A stretch of 64,000 bases of DNA from Parcubacteria group bacterium M10-OD1-1 (GCA_003056145.1 LSNL01000003.1:201993-265992), one strand, 5' to 3'; counted from the first letter of the stretch, positions 25,718-36,743 are shown. The notes: generated from the sequence alone by a model not told the origin. Made by a program: numbers and translations.

Positions 25718-26776
25718 ATGAAAAAAGAAAAAATTAAAAATTTAAGTAATCAATTTTTTCAAGAAATTCAAACTGTTCAGTCCGAAGATCAGCTTTTTCA
25801 GTTAGAAAAAAAATATTTAGGACGTAAAAGCGAATTTATTGGATTTTTAAAGAGTTTAAAGAATTTAGCGCCCGAAGAAAGAAAACAATTTGGAAGGTTA
25901 GCTAATGAAATTAAAAAAGAGATTACTCAAAAATTAGAAGAGAAAAAGAAAGAATTAATAGAGAAAAGTTTTGACTTTGAAAAAGAAAGCTTAGATGTTA
26001 CGATGCCTGGAAGAAAAAAGGGAGTTGGTCATTTAAATCCTATTTCAATAGTGCGATATAAAATAGAGGATATTTTTAGTCGAATGGGCTATGAGGTAGC
26101 TGATGGATCAGAAATAGAAACAGAATTTTACAATTTTGATGCTTTAAACATTCCAGCACATCATCCAGCTAGAGATATGCAAGATACTTTTTGGCTTCAA
26201 CAAAAAATTAAAAACCAGCATCCAAAAGTTAAAAGAGAAGAAGAACGTTTGGCAATGCGATCTCAAACTTCAGCGGGACAAGTTAAATATATGGAAAAGC
26301 ATAAGCCACCATTCAGAATTATTGTTCCTGGAAAATGTTTTAGAAATGAAGCAACTGACACTACTCATGAACATACTTTTTATCAATTTGAGGCTTTGGT
26401 AGTGGGAGAGAATATTAATGTGGGTCATCTAAAGTTTACAGCTCAAGAATTTTTTTCTCAATTTTTTAAACAGAAAGTAAAAATTCGTTTAAGACCAAGC
26501 TATTTTCCTTTTACCGAGCCAGGTTTTGAATTTGATATCACTTGTACTGTTTGTCATGGAAAAGGTTGTAGCGCTTGCCAAGGTGGTGGTTGGTTAGAGC
26601 TTGGTGGAGCAGGAATGGTCAATCAAAATGTTTTTGAGGCATCGGGTTATCCAAGAAATAAATACCAAGGTTTTGCTTGGGGGTTTGGAATAGAAAGATT
26701 GGCAATGATGAAATATGGAATTGATGATGTCCGACTTTTTCATTCAGGAGATTTACGATTTATAAAACAGTTTTAA
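25718..26776 (+). CDS. pheS: phenylalanyl-tRNA synthetase alpha subunit
   Basis: 'FDALNIPAHHPARDMQDTFWL' motif, 'FRNEATDTTHEHTFYQFEALVV', 'GFAWGFGIERLAMMKYGIDD'. Has a Cys4 insert 'CTVCHGKGCSACQ'. Confidence 0.9.
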   Translation: MKKEKIKNLSNQFFQEIQTVQSEDQLFQLEKKYLGRKSEFIGFLKSLKNLAPEERKQFGRLANEIKKEITQKLEEKKKELIEKSFDFEKESLDVTMPGRKKGVGHLNPISIVRYKIEDIFSRMGYEVADGSEIETEFYNFDALNIPAHHPARDMQDTFWLQQKIKNQHPKVKREEERLAMRSQTSAGQVKYMEKHKPPFRIIVPGKCFRNEATDTTHEHTFYQFEALVVGENINVGHLKFTAQEFFSQFFKQKVKIRLRPSYFPFTEPGFEFDITCTVCHGKGCSACQGGGWLELGGAGMVNQNVFEASGYPRNKYQGFAWGFGIERLAMMKYGIDDVRLFHSGDLRFIKQF

Positions 26777-26790
26777 ATATTTTAAAGACT

Positions 26791-29175
26791 ATGAAATATA
26801 GTTACAATTGGTTAAAAGAATTAGCTAACACACAAAAGACTGCAGAGGAAATGGCAGAACTTTTAACTATGCATTCCTTTGAGCTAGAAGGATTAGAGAA
26901 AAAAGAAATTAATTTGACTGGAGTAGTAATAGGAAAAATTTTAGAGATTAAAAAACATCCAGATGCTGATAAGTTACAGCTAACTAAAATAGAGATTGGC
27001 AAAAAAAAATTAGAGATAGTTTGTGGAGCGCCAAATATTAAAATTGGTGATAAAGTGCCAGTCGCTTTGGTAGGAGCTCAATTGCCAAACGGAATAAAAA
27101 TTAGAGAAACAAAAATACGAGGAGTAAAATCCGTGGGAATGTTATGTGCAGAAGATGAATTAGATTTAGGAGAAAATCATAATGGAATTATGATTTTAGA
27201 TGAGGACGCTCCAGTTGGAATGTCCATAAAAAAATATCTAGAGATTAGAAACGACACCATTTTTGAAATAAAAATTTTACCAGATAGGGCTCACGACGCG
27301 ATGAGTTATGTTGGAGTAGCTAGGGAGATGGCAATTTTAGATAATCAAAAATTTGATTATGATTTTGCAGGTTTAAAGTTACCAAAAAAGAAATCTCGTA
27401 AATTAAAAGTTATAATCAAAGATAAAAAACTATGCCCTCGTTATATTGGTGCTGTAATGGAAGGAGTGATAATTAAAGAGTCTCCTGATTGGCTAAGAGC
27501 TCGCCTAGAAGCTTCTGGAATTCGTCCTATCAATAATGTAGTAGATGCAACTAATTATGTGATGTTAGAGCTTGGACAACCCTTACACGCTTTTGATTTT
27601 TCTCAAGTTCAAGAAATTTCAAAAAACGAGACGGCTAAAATTATAATTAGAAAAGCTCAGAAAAATGAAAAGATTGAACTTTTAGATGGAGAGGTTTTAA
27701 AATTAACGGTTGATAATTTAGTTATTGCTAATAATCAAGAACCGCTAGTCTTAGCTGGAGTAATGGGAGGAAAAAATTCTGAGATTAATAATGATACAAA
27801 ATCAATAATTTTGGAATCGGCTAATTTTAACGCAATTTCAATTAGAACAACTAGAATAGAACATAAAATTAGAACAGAATCATCAGATAGATTTGAAAAA
27901 AATATTGACCCTAATTTAGCAGAAAAAGCAATAAGAAGAGTCATAGAAATCTTAGAGCATACCGCTGAAGCTAAATTAGAAGGGGTAGTAGATATTTATC
28001 CGCAAAAAAACAAACCTCAAAAAATAGAGATTAATTTAGACTATATTAATAGTTTATTAGGAGAAGAAATAAAAAAAGCAGAGGTTTTAAAAATTTTGAA
28101 ATCTCTACAATTCAAGATTATTGGAAAAGAAGAAGAAAAAACTATTTTAGTAGAGGCACCAACTTATAGAGTTGATTTAAAAACTCCAGAAGATGTCATT
28201 GAGGATATCGGAAGAATTTGGGGCTATGAAAAAATCAAACCTCAGCCACTAGTGGAACCAATTATTCCAGCTAAAATAAATCAACAATTATTTTTAGAAA
28301 GAAAAATTAGACAAAATATAATTGGTTTAGGCTTTGATGAAATTTATAATTATTCTTTTTATGGCGAAGAAGATGTCGTAAATTGTAAATTAAATCAAAA
28401 ACAACATTTAAGATTAGAGAACCCGATGAACCCTAGTCAGCATTTAGTAAGAGCTAATTTGGTTCCAAATATCTTAAAAAATATTTTTATCAATTTAAAA
28501 CATTTTGATAGTTTTAAAATATTTAAAATAGGCAGGAATTATTGGTTGGAAAAAGGGACAGTTAAAGAAGAAAGAAAATTAGTGATGGCAAATATTTTAA
28601 AGAAAGATCAAGACGGAGAAACTTTTTATGAAATGAAAGGAGCAGTAGAAGATTTATTAGAAATTATTGGCATAGACAAAAAAGCACTTGTTATCTCAAA
28701 AATAAAAGAATTAAATAAATATTATATTCATCCAACCAGAAGTGCTGAAATAAAAATCAATGAAAAACTCATCGGCTATGTTGGAGAAATTAATCCTTTA
28801 GTGCTTTTAAAATATAAAATTGAAAAAAGAGTAGCTTTGGCTGAGATTGATTTGAGAAAACTTTTGGCTATTACTCAAACAGAAAAAAAATATCAGTCTT
28901 TAAAGAAATTTCCTAGCGTTACAAGAGATATTTCAATGCTAGTTAATCACGATGTGCAAGTTTTAGACATTGTAAATTTAATTAAAAGAGCTGGGAAAGT
29001 AATTTTGAAGGTTAGCTTATTTGATGTCTTTAAAAAAGATAAAAAAACTAGTTTAGCTTTCCATCTTGAATTTGGAGTAGATGACAGGACTTTAAAAAAT
29101 AAAGAAATTGATAAGGAAATAGGAAAAATAGTTACAGAGTTGGAAACTAAGTTAAAAGTAGAAGTCCGACAATAG
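26791..29175 (+). CDS. pheT: phenylalanyl-tRNA synthetase beta subunit
   Basis: 'MKYSYNWLKEL' N-terminus, tRNA-binding EMAP-like domain, B3/B4 and B5 domains; ~794 aa. Confidence 0.9.
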   Translation: MKYSYNWLKELANTQKTAEEMAELLTMHSFELEGLEKKEINLTGVVIGKILEIKKHPDADKLQLTKIEIGKKKLEIVCGAPNIKIGDKVPVALVGAQLPNGIKIRETKIRGVKSVGMLCAEDELDLGENHNGIMILDEDAPVGMSIKKYLEIRNDTIFEIKILPDRAHDAMSYVGVAREMAILDNQKFDYDFAGLKLPKKKSRKLKVIIKDKKLCPRYIGAVMEGVIIKESPDWLRARLEASGIRPINNVVDATNYVMLELGQPLHAFDFSQVQEISKNETAKIIIRKAQKNEKIELLDGEVLKLTVDNLVIANNQEPLVLAGVMGGKNSEINNDTKSIILESANFNAISIRTTRIEHKIRTESSDRFEKNIDPNLAEKAIRRVIEILEHTAEAKLEGVVDIYPQKNKPQKIEINLDYINSLLGEEIKKAEVLKILKSLQFKIIGKEEEKTILVEAPTYRVDLKTPEDVIEDIGRIWGYEKIKPQPLVEPIIPAKINQQLFLERKIRQNIIGLGFDEIYNYSFYGEEDVVNCKLNQKQHLRLENPMNPSQHLVRANLVPNILKNIFINLKHFDSFKIFKIGRNYWLEKGTVKEERKLVMANILKKDQDGETFYEMKGAVEDLLEIIGIDKKALVISKIKELNKYYIHPTRSAEIKINEKLIGYVGEINPLVLLKYKIEKRVALAEIDLRKLLAITQTEKKYQSLKKFPSVTRDISMLVNHDVQVLDIVNLIKRAGKVILKVSLFDVFKKDKKTSLAFHLEFGVDDRTLKNKEIDKEIGKIVTELETKLKVEVRQ

Positions 29176-29190
29176 TTTTTAAAATAGTTT

Positions 29191-31785
29191 ATGAAAGAAA
29201 TTTCAAAAAAATACGAAGCTGGAAAATACGAGGAAAATATTTATAAACTTTGGGAGAAGTCAGGTTTTTTTAATCCTGATAATATTAATTCTAAAAAAAA
29301 ATATAGTAATATCTTGCCACCACCCAATGCTAATGGTGGTTTACATTTAGGACATGCCAGTGGATACACAGTAATGGATATTTTTGGTCGCTTTGAAAGA
29401 ATGAAAGGTAAATCTGTTTTACTTTTGCCAGGCAAAGATCACGCTGGAATTCAAACTCAGGTTGTTTACGAAAAAAAATTAGAAGATGAGCAAGGAATAA
29501 ATAGAAATGATTTAGGAAGAAAAAAGTTTTTTCAATCAATTTATGATTTTTGTCTAGAACGGGCTAATTATATGCGGTCACAAGAGAAAAAAATTGGGGT
29601 GAGCGCTGATTGGTCAAGAGAAAAATTTACTTTAGATACTGAAGTTTCAAAAATTGCTATGGAAACTTTCGTTAAAATGCACAAAGACGGAATGATTTAT
29701 CAGGGTGAAAGAATTATTAATTGGTGTCCACGATGTAAAACAGCTTTATCGGATATTGAAGTGGATCATAAAACAGTTCAAGGAAAAATATACTTTATTA
29801 AATATCCTATTCAAAATTCAGAAAAGTTTATTACAGTGGCAACAACTAGACCAGAGACAATGTTAGGGGATAGTGCTGTAGCAGTTAATTCTCAAGACGA
29901 AAGATATACAAAATTGGTGGGTTTAAAAGTTATTTTACCCTTAGAAAATAGGATTATTCCGATAATTGCTGATAAAAGAATTGATAAAGAATTTGGAACA
30001 GGAGCGGTTAAAATTACTCCTGCTCACGATCTTTTAGATTGGGACATTGGTCAAGATCACCAGCTTCCTATTATTCAAGTTATTAATGAGAAAGCTCAAA
30101 TAACTAAACAGGGAGGGAAATATCAAGGTCAAGATGTTTTAGTAGCTAGGAAAAATATTTTAGCTGATTTAAAGATGCAGGGTTTTTTTGAAAAAGAAGA
30201 GGACTTAGAAATTAATAAATCAATTTGTGAAAGATGCAAGGAAACGATTGAACCCCTTATTTCAAAGCAATGGTTTGTTGCCGTAGATGCTAAAAAATAC
30301 TCGTTAAAGAAAGAAGCTTTGAAAGCTATTAAAAATGGTGAAATAAAATTTTTTCCAGAAAATTTTCGGAAAACAATGATTCAGTGGCTTTCTAATTTGC
30401 ATGATTGGTGTATTTCTCGACAAATCTGGTGGGGTCATCAAATCCCAGTTTGGTATTGTGAAAAATGTGGAGAAGAGGAATACATTGTTTCTATTGAAAA
30501 ACCCTTAGCTTGTCCAAAATGTCAAGGTAAAAAATTAAGACAAGAAACCGATACTTTTGATACTTGGTTTTCCTCTGGTCAATGGGTGCATACTACACTT
30601 GGCTATCCTCAAGGAAAAGATTTCAAAGAGTTTTATCCGACAGATATGATGATTATGGGAAGAGATCTCCTCTTTTTTTGGGCTTCCAGAATGATAATGA
30701 TGAGCTTATATAGAACAGGAGAGGTTCCTTTTAAAAACTTATTTTTTACAGGATTGATTAGAGATAAATTAGGTAAAAAAATGTCTAAATCTAAGGGTAA
30801 TGGTATTGATCCTTTACAAATGATAGATAAATATGGAGTTGATGCACTAAGACTTAGCTTGGTAATGGATACAACTCCTGGACAAGATTCTCGGTTGTAT
30901 GAAGAAAAAATTGAAGGTTTTAGAAATTTTATTACTAAACTTTGGAATATTTATCGTTATTCAACTACAGCTAGTCCAGAATTTTTCTTAAAGGAAAAAA
31001 TTGCTTCTCGAGATGTTAAATCAGTGGCTGACCAATGGATTATAGCTAAGCTAAATGAAACCATAGAAAGTGTAACAATCTTTATGGAGAAAAAGGAAAT
31101 TTCTTTAGCTCAGGAAAAACTTAAAAAATTTACTTGGGATGATTTAGCGGATTGGTATTTAGAAATTCATAAAATTGAGAAAAATAATCAAGTTTTAGGT
31201 TACCTTTTAGATAAAATTTTAAAACTTTGGCACCCATTTACTCCTTTTGTAACCGAAAAAATTTGGCAAGATTTTTGGCAAGGAGAAAAAATGTTGATGA
31301 TGGAAAAGTGGGTAAAGCCAGAAAAAAAATTAGAAATTAAAAAAGCACAAGAACTTTTTGAAGAAATCAAAGAAGTAATTTCTAAAGTAAGAAATTTAAG
31401 AGCTAATTATAGAATAGACCCAGCTAAAATTGTTCAAGCTTACTCAATAAAAATAAAGGAGCAAAAAATTATTGAAAAATTAGCTCGGATAGAAATCATT
31501 GAAAAACTAGCTAGCACTAAAAGTATTCAAATAATAACTAAGAATGTAGAGTTGTCTTTAGATATTGCTAACTTAATAGATATTGCTAAAGAAAAAAAAC
31601 GGACCAAAAAAGAAATTGAACAATTAAATCAATTAATTGTTAAAATAAAAAATTTATTAGCTAATAAAAAATTTAAAGATAGTGCTCCTGAAAAAGTTAT
31701 TTTGCAAAACCAAAAAAAGTTAAAAGAATATCAAGAAAAAATAAAAACTCAAAAAGAGTTGTTAATGAATATCACTAAATTTTAA
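29191..31785 (+). CDS. valS: valyl-tRNA synthetase
   Basis: 'PPPNANGGLHLGHASGYTVMDIFGRFERMKG' HIGH region, 'KMSKSKGN' KMSKS motif, C-terminal coiled coil. Confidence 0.9.
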   Translation: MKEISKKYEAGKYEENIYKLWEKSGFFNPDNINSKKKYSNILPPPNANGGLHLGHASGYTVMDIFGRFERMKGKSVLLLPGKDHAGIQTQVVYEKKLEDEQGINRNDLGRKKFFQSIYDFCLERANYMRSQEKKIGVSADWSREKFTLDTEVSKIAMETFVKMHKDGMIYQGERIINWCPRCKTALSDIEVDHKTVQGKIYFIKYPIQNSEKFITVATTRPETMLGDSAVAVNSQDERYTKLVGLKVILPLENRIIPIIADKRIDKEFGTGAVKITPAHDLLDWDIGQDHQLPIIQVINEKAQITKQGGKYQGQDVLVARKNILADLKMQGFFEKEEDLEINKSICERCKETIEPLISKQWFVAVDAKKYSLKKEALKAIKNGEIKFFPENFRKTMIQWLSNLHDWCISRQIWWGHQIPVWYCEKCGEEEYIVSIEKPLACPKCQGKKLRQETDTFDTWFSSGQWVHTTLGYPQGKDFKEFYPTDMMIMGRDLLFFWASRMIMMSLYRTGEVPFKNLFFTGLIRDKLGKKMSKSKGNGIDPLQMIDKYGVDALRLSLVMDTTPGQDSRLYEEKIEGFRNFITKLWNIYRYSTTASPEFFLKEKIASRDVKSVADQWIIAKLNETIESVTIFMEKKEISLAQEKLKKFTWDDLADWYLEIHKIEKNNQVLGYLLDKILKLWHPFTPFVTEKIWQDFWQGEKMLMMEKWVKPEKKLEIKKAQELFEEIKEVISKVRNLRANYRIDPAKIVQAYSIKIKEQKIIEKLARIEIIEKLASTKSIQIITKNVELSLDIANLIDIAKEKKRTKKEIEQLNQLIVKIKNLLANKKFKDSAPEKVILQNQKKLKEYQEKIKTQKELLMNITKF

Positions 31786-31880
31786 GACCTTATTTACAAA
31801 AAGTTAATTTTATGGTAAGGTTTCAGGTGGTTTAAAAAGTGAAATTTTAAGAAATAAAGTAGTTCTTTTAATACTTATCA

Positions 31881-32204
31881 AGGTAAATTGAGTAGTCGCT
31901 CCAGTTTTTGGAGAGGAAAGTCCGGACATTCAGCCTAATCTTAATTGGCAAGGGTAGCGGGTAACTCCCGTCTAGAGTAATCTAAGAGGTGCGAGCAGAG
32001 ACGCTTCCTTCAGAAATGAAGAAGCACCCTTTTGGGGTGAGCTCTAATAGTAATATTAGAGGTGAAACGGCAAAATCCTTACCTGAATGCAAGGTCGTGT
32101 TCTATTTTTGAATAAAATATAGAAAGTGCCGCGCGAGGTTTTAAGTAATTAAAACCCAAGATAAATGACTACTCACGACAAAATCCGGCTTATAGATTTA
32201 CCTT
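31881..32204 (+). ncRNA. rnpB: RNase P RNA (bacterial type, compact)
   Basis: CR-I 'GAGGAAAGTCCGGAC', CR-II-like 'AGAGGTGAAACGGC', CR-V 'GACAAAATCCGGCTTAT' (P4 halves). Terminal P1 pairing aggtaaattgagtagtc / gactactc...atttacct. Confidence 0.8.
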
Positions 32205-32260
32205 GATAAATATCAAAAGAATTAAAAACTAAATTAAGTAAAATTAGAAATAAGATTATT

Positions 32261-33688
32261 ATGAAAAAATCAGAATTATTTTTTAGTGCTGTTCAGGTCT
32301 TAATTGATTTTTTAATGATTATTTTGGCAGCCACTTCTGCTTATTATATTAGAAATGTTCCAGAAATATTAGCTTTAAAATCAAAACTTTATAATTTTTC
32401 TTTCCACAATTATATCCAAATTGTGTTAATTGTAGTGCCATTCTTCTTAATCATTTACGCGTTGGAAGGTCTTTACGATATTAGAGCTACTAGAAAATTT
32501 TGGCAAGAAGCTGTAAAAATATTTTCGGCTACTTCTATTGGCTTAGTGATAATTATTGTTGCTATATTCTTAAAACGAGAATGGTTTTCTTCCCGTTTCG
32601 TTATTTTGGCTGGTTGGATGTTGGTTACTTTTTACGTTGTTTCGGCTAGATATTTTGTGCATCTTATTCAAAAATGGTTATTAAGAAATAAAGGAATTGG
32701 TATACACAGGCTTTTATTGATTGGTAGAAACGGGAAAATTAGTACTATTGCTAAATTTATTTTACAAAATCCTAATCTTGGTTATAAAGTTATTGATCAG
32801 ATTAATACGGCCAGTGTACACTTAATTAAGCAAATAAAGAAGGAAAGGGGAATTGACGATATAATTTTGTGTGAACCTTCAATTACTGATGCGGAACAAG
32901 AGAAGTTAATTGATTTCTGCTCCATTCATAATATTAAGTATCAATATATTCCAACTACTCTACAAACTTCTAAATTTGAGATAGGTGTTTTAAATGGAGA
33001 GCCGTTAATTGAAGTTAAAAATACTCCCTTAGAAGGTTGGGGAAAAATTTCTAAGAGAATTTTTGATATAGTGATTTCTGCACTAGGAATTATTCTAGCG
33101 TCGCCAATAATGTTATTAGTGGCGATAGCTATTAAATTAGATGATGGCGGTCCAATTATCTATAAAAATGAGAGGATTGGTAACGATGGAAAAAAATTCT
33201 TAGTCTATAAATTCAGATATTTAAAACAAAATTGTTGTATTTCTAAAGACAATCCAAAGCTAGAAGAAGCCTTAAATTTAGAAAAAAAACTAATCAAGAA
33301 GCAAAGTGTTCGGAAAGGACCTCTCTATAAAATTAAAAATGACCCTAGAAAAACTATAACGGGAAACTTTATTGAAAAATATTCCATTGATGAATTACCG
33401 CAATTTTTCAATGTTCTCTTTGGATCAATGAGTATGGTTGGTCCACGTCCTCATCAAAAAAGAGAAGTAGAAAAATATATGGAATATCATAGAAGGTTAT
33501 TAACTATTAAACCAGGAGTAACGGGTATGGCACAAGTTTCTGGACGTTCTGACTTAGATTTTGAAAATGAATATAAATTAGATTTATTTTATATTGAAAA
33601 TTGGTCGTTAAAACTAGATATTCAGATATGTCTCAAAACTTTTGGAGTGTTATTTAGAAAAAGAAAAAATATTTCTTCTCAATCTTAA
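32261..33688 (+). CDS. polyprenyl-phosphate sugar phosphotransferase (WbaP/CpsE 'bacterial sugar transferase' family); initiating enzyme of the glycan locus
   Basis: 4 N-terminal TMs and C-terminal 'ISKRIFDIVISALGIIL...KLDDGGPIIYKNERIG...KFRYL...DELPQFFNVLFGSMSMVGPRPH' domain. Confidence 0.85.
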   Translation: MKKSELFFSAVQVLIDFLMIILAATSAYYIRNVPEILALKSKLYNFSFHNYIQIVLIVVPFFLIIYALEGLYDIRATRKFWQEAVKIFSATSIGLVIIIVAIFLKREWFSSRFVILAGWMLVTFYVVSARYFVHLIQKWLLRNKGIGIHRLLLIGRNGKISTIAKFILQNPNLGYKVIDQINTASVHLIKQIKKERGIDDIILCEPSITDAEQEKLIDFCSIHNIKYQYIPTTLQTSKFEIGVLNGEPLIEVKNTPLEGWGKISKRIFDIVISALGIILASPIMLLVAIAIKLDDGGPIIYKNERIGNDGKKFLVYKFRYLKQNCCISKDNPKLEEALNLEKKLIKKQSVRKGPLYKIKNDPRKTITGNFIEKYSIDELPQFFNVLFGSMSMVGPRPHQKREVEKYMEYHRRLLTIKPGVTGMAQVSGRSDLDFENEYKLDLFYIENWSLKLDIQICLKTFGVLFRKRKNISSQS

Positions 33689-33890
33689 ACTAATTAAAGA
33701 TAAGAATAGTTTAGTTTTTTATAAACTTGACCAAAGCTGACAAGAAAGTTAATCTGAATAAGTAGAAATTAACTATGACAATGAAAATTAATAATACAAC
33801 AATTTGGTTTTTCTTTTATTTGTTCTTTACTGAGCAAGAAGGCCATTTTGTTTTTGCGAAAAAAGATTAAATAAATTTTTTCCTAAAAAT

Positions 33891-33918
33891 AAACTGGTCT
33901 GATGACCAGTTTTTTTTG
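33891..33918 (+). terminator. intrinsic terminator
   Basis: Stem aaactggtc/gaccagttt with tgat loop, followed by TTTTTTT. Confidence 0.65.
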
Positions 33919-33975
33919 TTCTTTCAATTTAAGAGTATCTTCACTAATTAACAATTAAAACAGGGGGAGAAGGCT

Positions 33976-34200
33976 ATGAATTTAAAACGAGCTAAGAAGA
34001 TTAAAGAAGAAATTGCTGAAATTGTAGATGATTTTCCTTATGTAGTTTTAGAATTTTTTCTTGACTCGGGAATAAGAGTAAGTGGTAGCTACACTAAATC
34101 ATTGGAGGGCACGAGTCTTCCGTGGATAATTTTAAATGAAAATTATCCACTTAATTTGAACGAAGTGGCTAGTGTTAAAATAGCAGATGATGACTTCTAA
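33976..34200 (+). CDS. hypothetical small acidic protein
   Basis: 74-aa ORF with strong SD AGGGGGAGAAGG. No recognisable motif. Confidence 0.4.
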   Translation: MNLKRAKKIKEEIAEIVDDFPYVVLEFFLDSGIRVSGSYTKSLEGTSLPWIILNENYPLNLNEVASVKIADDDF

Positions 34201-34285
34201 TAGGTAGAAGATAATTTTTTAAAATTAATTCCTTACTGTTTCAACGAAATGGCAAGGAATTTTTTAATTAAAAAATAGTTAGTTA

Positions 34286-34954
34286 TTAGAGGGTAATCAA
34301 AATAAAAACTAAGAGAAAAGAAAGAAGAATAAATCCGAAACCAATAAAATTTAGGAAATAATGCTTTAGAAACCAAGGCTTGTATTGAGAAATTCTTTGA
34401 TTGAGTTCTTGAATATTTTGCCATAAATAATAGTTAAGATAGGCTGGACGCATAGCCAGTGATTGATTTACTATAACTTGATTGCCGATTGCTAGATATT
34501 TATTTTGAGGCATTGAATTTTTTATAATAAAAAGATAAGCGTGTTTAGATTTTGGTTTGGGATAAAAATGTAAATTTAAACAATAGATCTTTCCTTGGGA
34601 ATGGTTAATTCTAGAGAAGGCAAAATCAATAGTATCTTTGGATTTTAATGAATGTAATTTTAATTTAGAAGTTCTCAATAAATGAGAACAATCAGTTGAA
34701 GAAATCTTTAATTCTAGGGTTCCTCCATGGCTTACACGAGAATTACCGAATAAGATCCTTATCTGAGACAAACCATCATAATCAGCTTGAAATTTTTGTG
34801 TAATTCCTTGATCGGGGAGCTTTATCTTAGTTCCCTTCTCTACCGTCCAATGATTATCAGGAAAAGACCATTTTTGGTTAATTCCAGCTAAAATAATTCC
34901 AAAAAGAATAAGGAGAGAAATTAAAAAAATATTTTTTTTCAAAAGATAAAACAT
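34286..34954 (-). CDS. hypothetical membrane protein (N- and C-terminal TM, extracytoplasmic middle)
   Basis: 4-nt gap to the upstream GT-C-like gene on the same strand. Confidence 0.5.
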   Translation of the reverse strand: MFYLLKKNIFLISLLILFGIILAGINQKWSFPDNHWTVEKGTKIKLPDQGITQKFQADYDGLSQIRILFGNSRVSHGGTLELKISSTDCSHLLRTSKLKLHSLKSKDTIDFAFSRINHSQGKIYCLNLHFYPKPKSKHAYLFIIKNSMPQNKYLAIGNQVIVNQSLAMRPAYLNYYLWQNIQELNQRISQYKPWFLKHYFLNFIGFGFILLSFLLVFILITL

Positions 34955-34958
34955 AAGT

Positions 34959-36419
34959 TTATAAGTAAAAACGAGGGAGAATAAAATTAAAAATTATATA
35001 AAAACAAAAAGAAAACATTAAGATAAATCCAGTAAGAAGAATATTTTTAAAATAGCGCTCCTTTTTCAATAACATGCCCAAGCCAACAAAAACCAAAATA
35101 AGATGAGAAGCTAAATTAGGTAAGAAATATCTTCCGGGTGTGCCGAGAGTTAATCGATGGAAACTTATAAAAACTTTCCAATCGTAAGTCCGAATACCTA
35201 GCTGTAAGGCAATAATCATTAATAATAAAAAAATAATATATTTTTTATCGGGTAAATAATGAGGTATTTTTTTAGTCCAGAAAAATAAAACTAAACCTAG
35301 CACAGATAAGGTTTCTATCCAAAAAATTAAATTAGTAAAATTATGAGTAAGCCAATTACTCTTCCAACTTAAACTACCCCAATAAGTACGAGAAGATAAA
35401 GCAAAACGACCCATACTCAAGCTAGTATCAAGATATTTTTGTAAAGAGGAAAAAGTTTGAGTTGGAGTACCTTCGAAAGGCAAAAGTCCTCTTAGATTAT
35501 ACTGAGTGTTAGCTAGAAAAGTGAGAGTGATTAAAAAAACGAAAAAAAGAGATAAATAGTAGCCTAAATGTCGTTGGCGCTTTATTTTTTGATAGCTATG
35601 AAAAGCGATTAAAAAAATAAAAGCTATCAAAAGAACAATAGCTGTTCCTTTGGTTAATAAACCTAAGATTAGAGCAATCAGCATTAGAGTAAAATTTTTC
35701 CAGTTTAATCCTTGTTTTAAACTTAAAATGCCACCTAAAGTAAAAAGAAAAAAGAGAGGAATGAGTAAAACATCATAATTGATGTTAGTAAAATACATGG
35801 TAAATTTAGGCTGGAAAGCTAGTATAGCGCTTAAAATTAGGCTGTAGTCCCTTTTTAAACCGATATTAATAGCAATTAGGTAACTTAGGAAAACAGCCAG
35901 AGTACCCAAGAAAACAGAAAAAATTCTGATCAAATAAAATCTTACTAGAATATTACTACTAGAAAAAGTTTTTTCTATCCAAGAGGCGAGTGTATGATAA
36001 AGAGTATGGGTAGCGGTATCGGCTGGATAATAATAATTAAGGGGCTTCCATTGAGAAGCGCTGATAGAATTTTCATTTTGACCGATATAGCCAGGGACGA
36101 AATTGGCGGTATTATATAAACCTTTGCGAATTATATTAAGGTTGCTAGCTTCTCCAGCGTGGATTATTTCTTGGGAAAAATTATAATTCTCAATCTGTTT
36201 ATTTTTGTGTCCAATTCGGCGTTTGATTTTTTGAGCAGAAGGAACGCTGGGATAAGAAATGGATTGAATAGTATTATAGTGTCGGGCTTCATCTTGTCCA
36301 GTAAAAAGAGGATAAAGTGTAGCCAAAAAAACGCCTTTCAAAAAAAAGACACTTAAAATTAAAAGTAAAATAACTTTTGTTTTTTGGAAAGATTTTAATT
36401 TAAATAACCATTTTTGCAT
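34959..36419 (-). CDS. polytopic membrane protein, putative GT-C-fold glycosyltransferase (ArnT/PMT-like)
   Basis: ~12 TMs. Acidic 'TGQDEARHY' motif in the first extracytoplasmic loop, as in GT-C enzymes. Confidence 0.45.
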   Translation of the reverse strand: MQKWLFKLKSFQKTKVILLLILSVFFLKGVFLATLYPLFTGQDEARHYNTIQSISYPSVPSAQKIKRRIGHKNKQIENYNFSQEIIHAGEASNLNIIRKGLYNTANFVPGYIGQNENSISASQWKPLNYYYPADTATHTLYHTLASWIEKTFSSSNILVRFYLIRIFSVFLGTLAVFLSYLIAINIGLKRDYSLILSAILAFQPKFTMYFTNINYDVLLIPLFFLFTLGGILSLKQGLNWKNFTLMLIALILGLLTKGTAIVLLIAFIFLIAFHSYQKIKRQRHLGYYLSLFFVFLITLTFLANTQYNLRGLLPFEGTPTQTFSSLQKYLDTSLSMGRFALSSRTYWGSLSWKSNWLTHNFTNLIFWIETLSVLGLVLFFWTKKIPHYLPDKKYIIFLLLMIIALQLGIRTYDWKVFISFHRLTLGTPGRYFLPNLASHLILVFVGLGMLLKKERYFKNILLTGFILMFSFCFYIIFNFILPRFYL

Positions 36420-36697
36420 AAATTTAGTATACTATATTTGATTAAACCTGTCATTTCAGCATCTCAGGGAGAGTAGCACTAATATAGGAAAAGGATGACA
36501 AGTTTAATCTTTACGAATACCTAAATATAAAAAATTGATGCTTTTTAAATCCATTGTTATAATGAAAATATGAAAAAAATAAATGACAATAAAAAAATAG
36601 AAAAAGTTTTCTCATCTAATGAATTCTTTTTTGTTTTCTAGGAAAACAGTAAGTTTATGCTATAGATGAGTGATATTTTTGGATAAAAATAAAAAAG

Positions 36698-36706
36698 TGC
36701 TATAAT
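36698..36706 (+). promoter_or_regulatory. candidate extended -10 promoter (TGcTATAAT) for the AbrB-like gene
   Basis: TG at 36698-36699, TATAAT at 36701-36706. Confidence 0.4.
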
Positions 36707-36717
36707 AAATACGTATT

Positions 36718-36743
36718 TAACTCTGTATTTAAATACAGAGTTA
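36718..36743 (+). promoter_or_regulatory. perfect 26-nt palindrome taactctgtatttaaatacagagtta between promoter and AbrB-like gene; operator or leader hairpin/attenuator
   Basis: Perfect inverted repeat read from the sequence, followed by TTATTTTTT. 20 nt upstream of the ATG at 36763. Confidence 0.5.
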
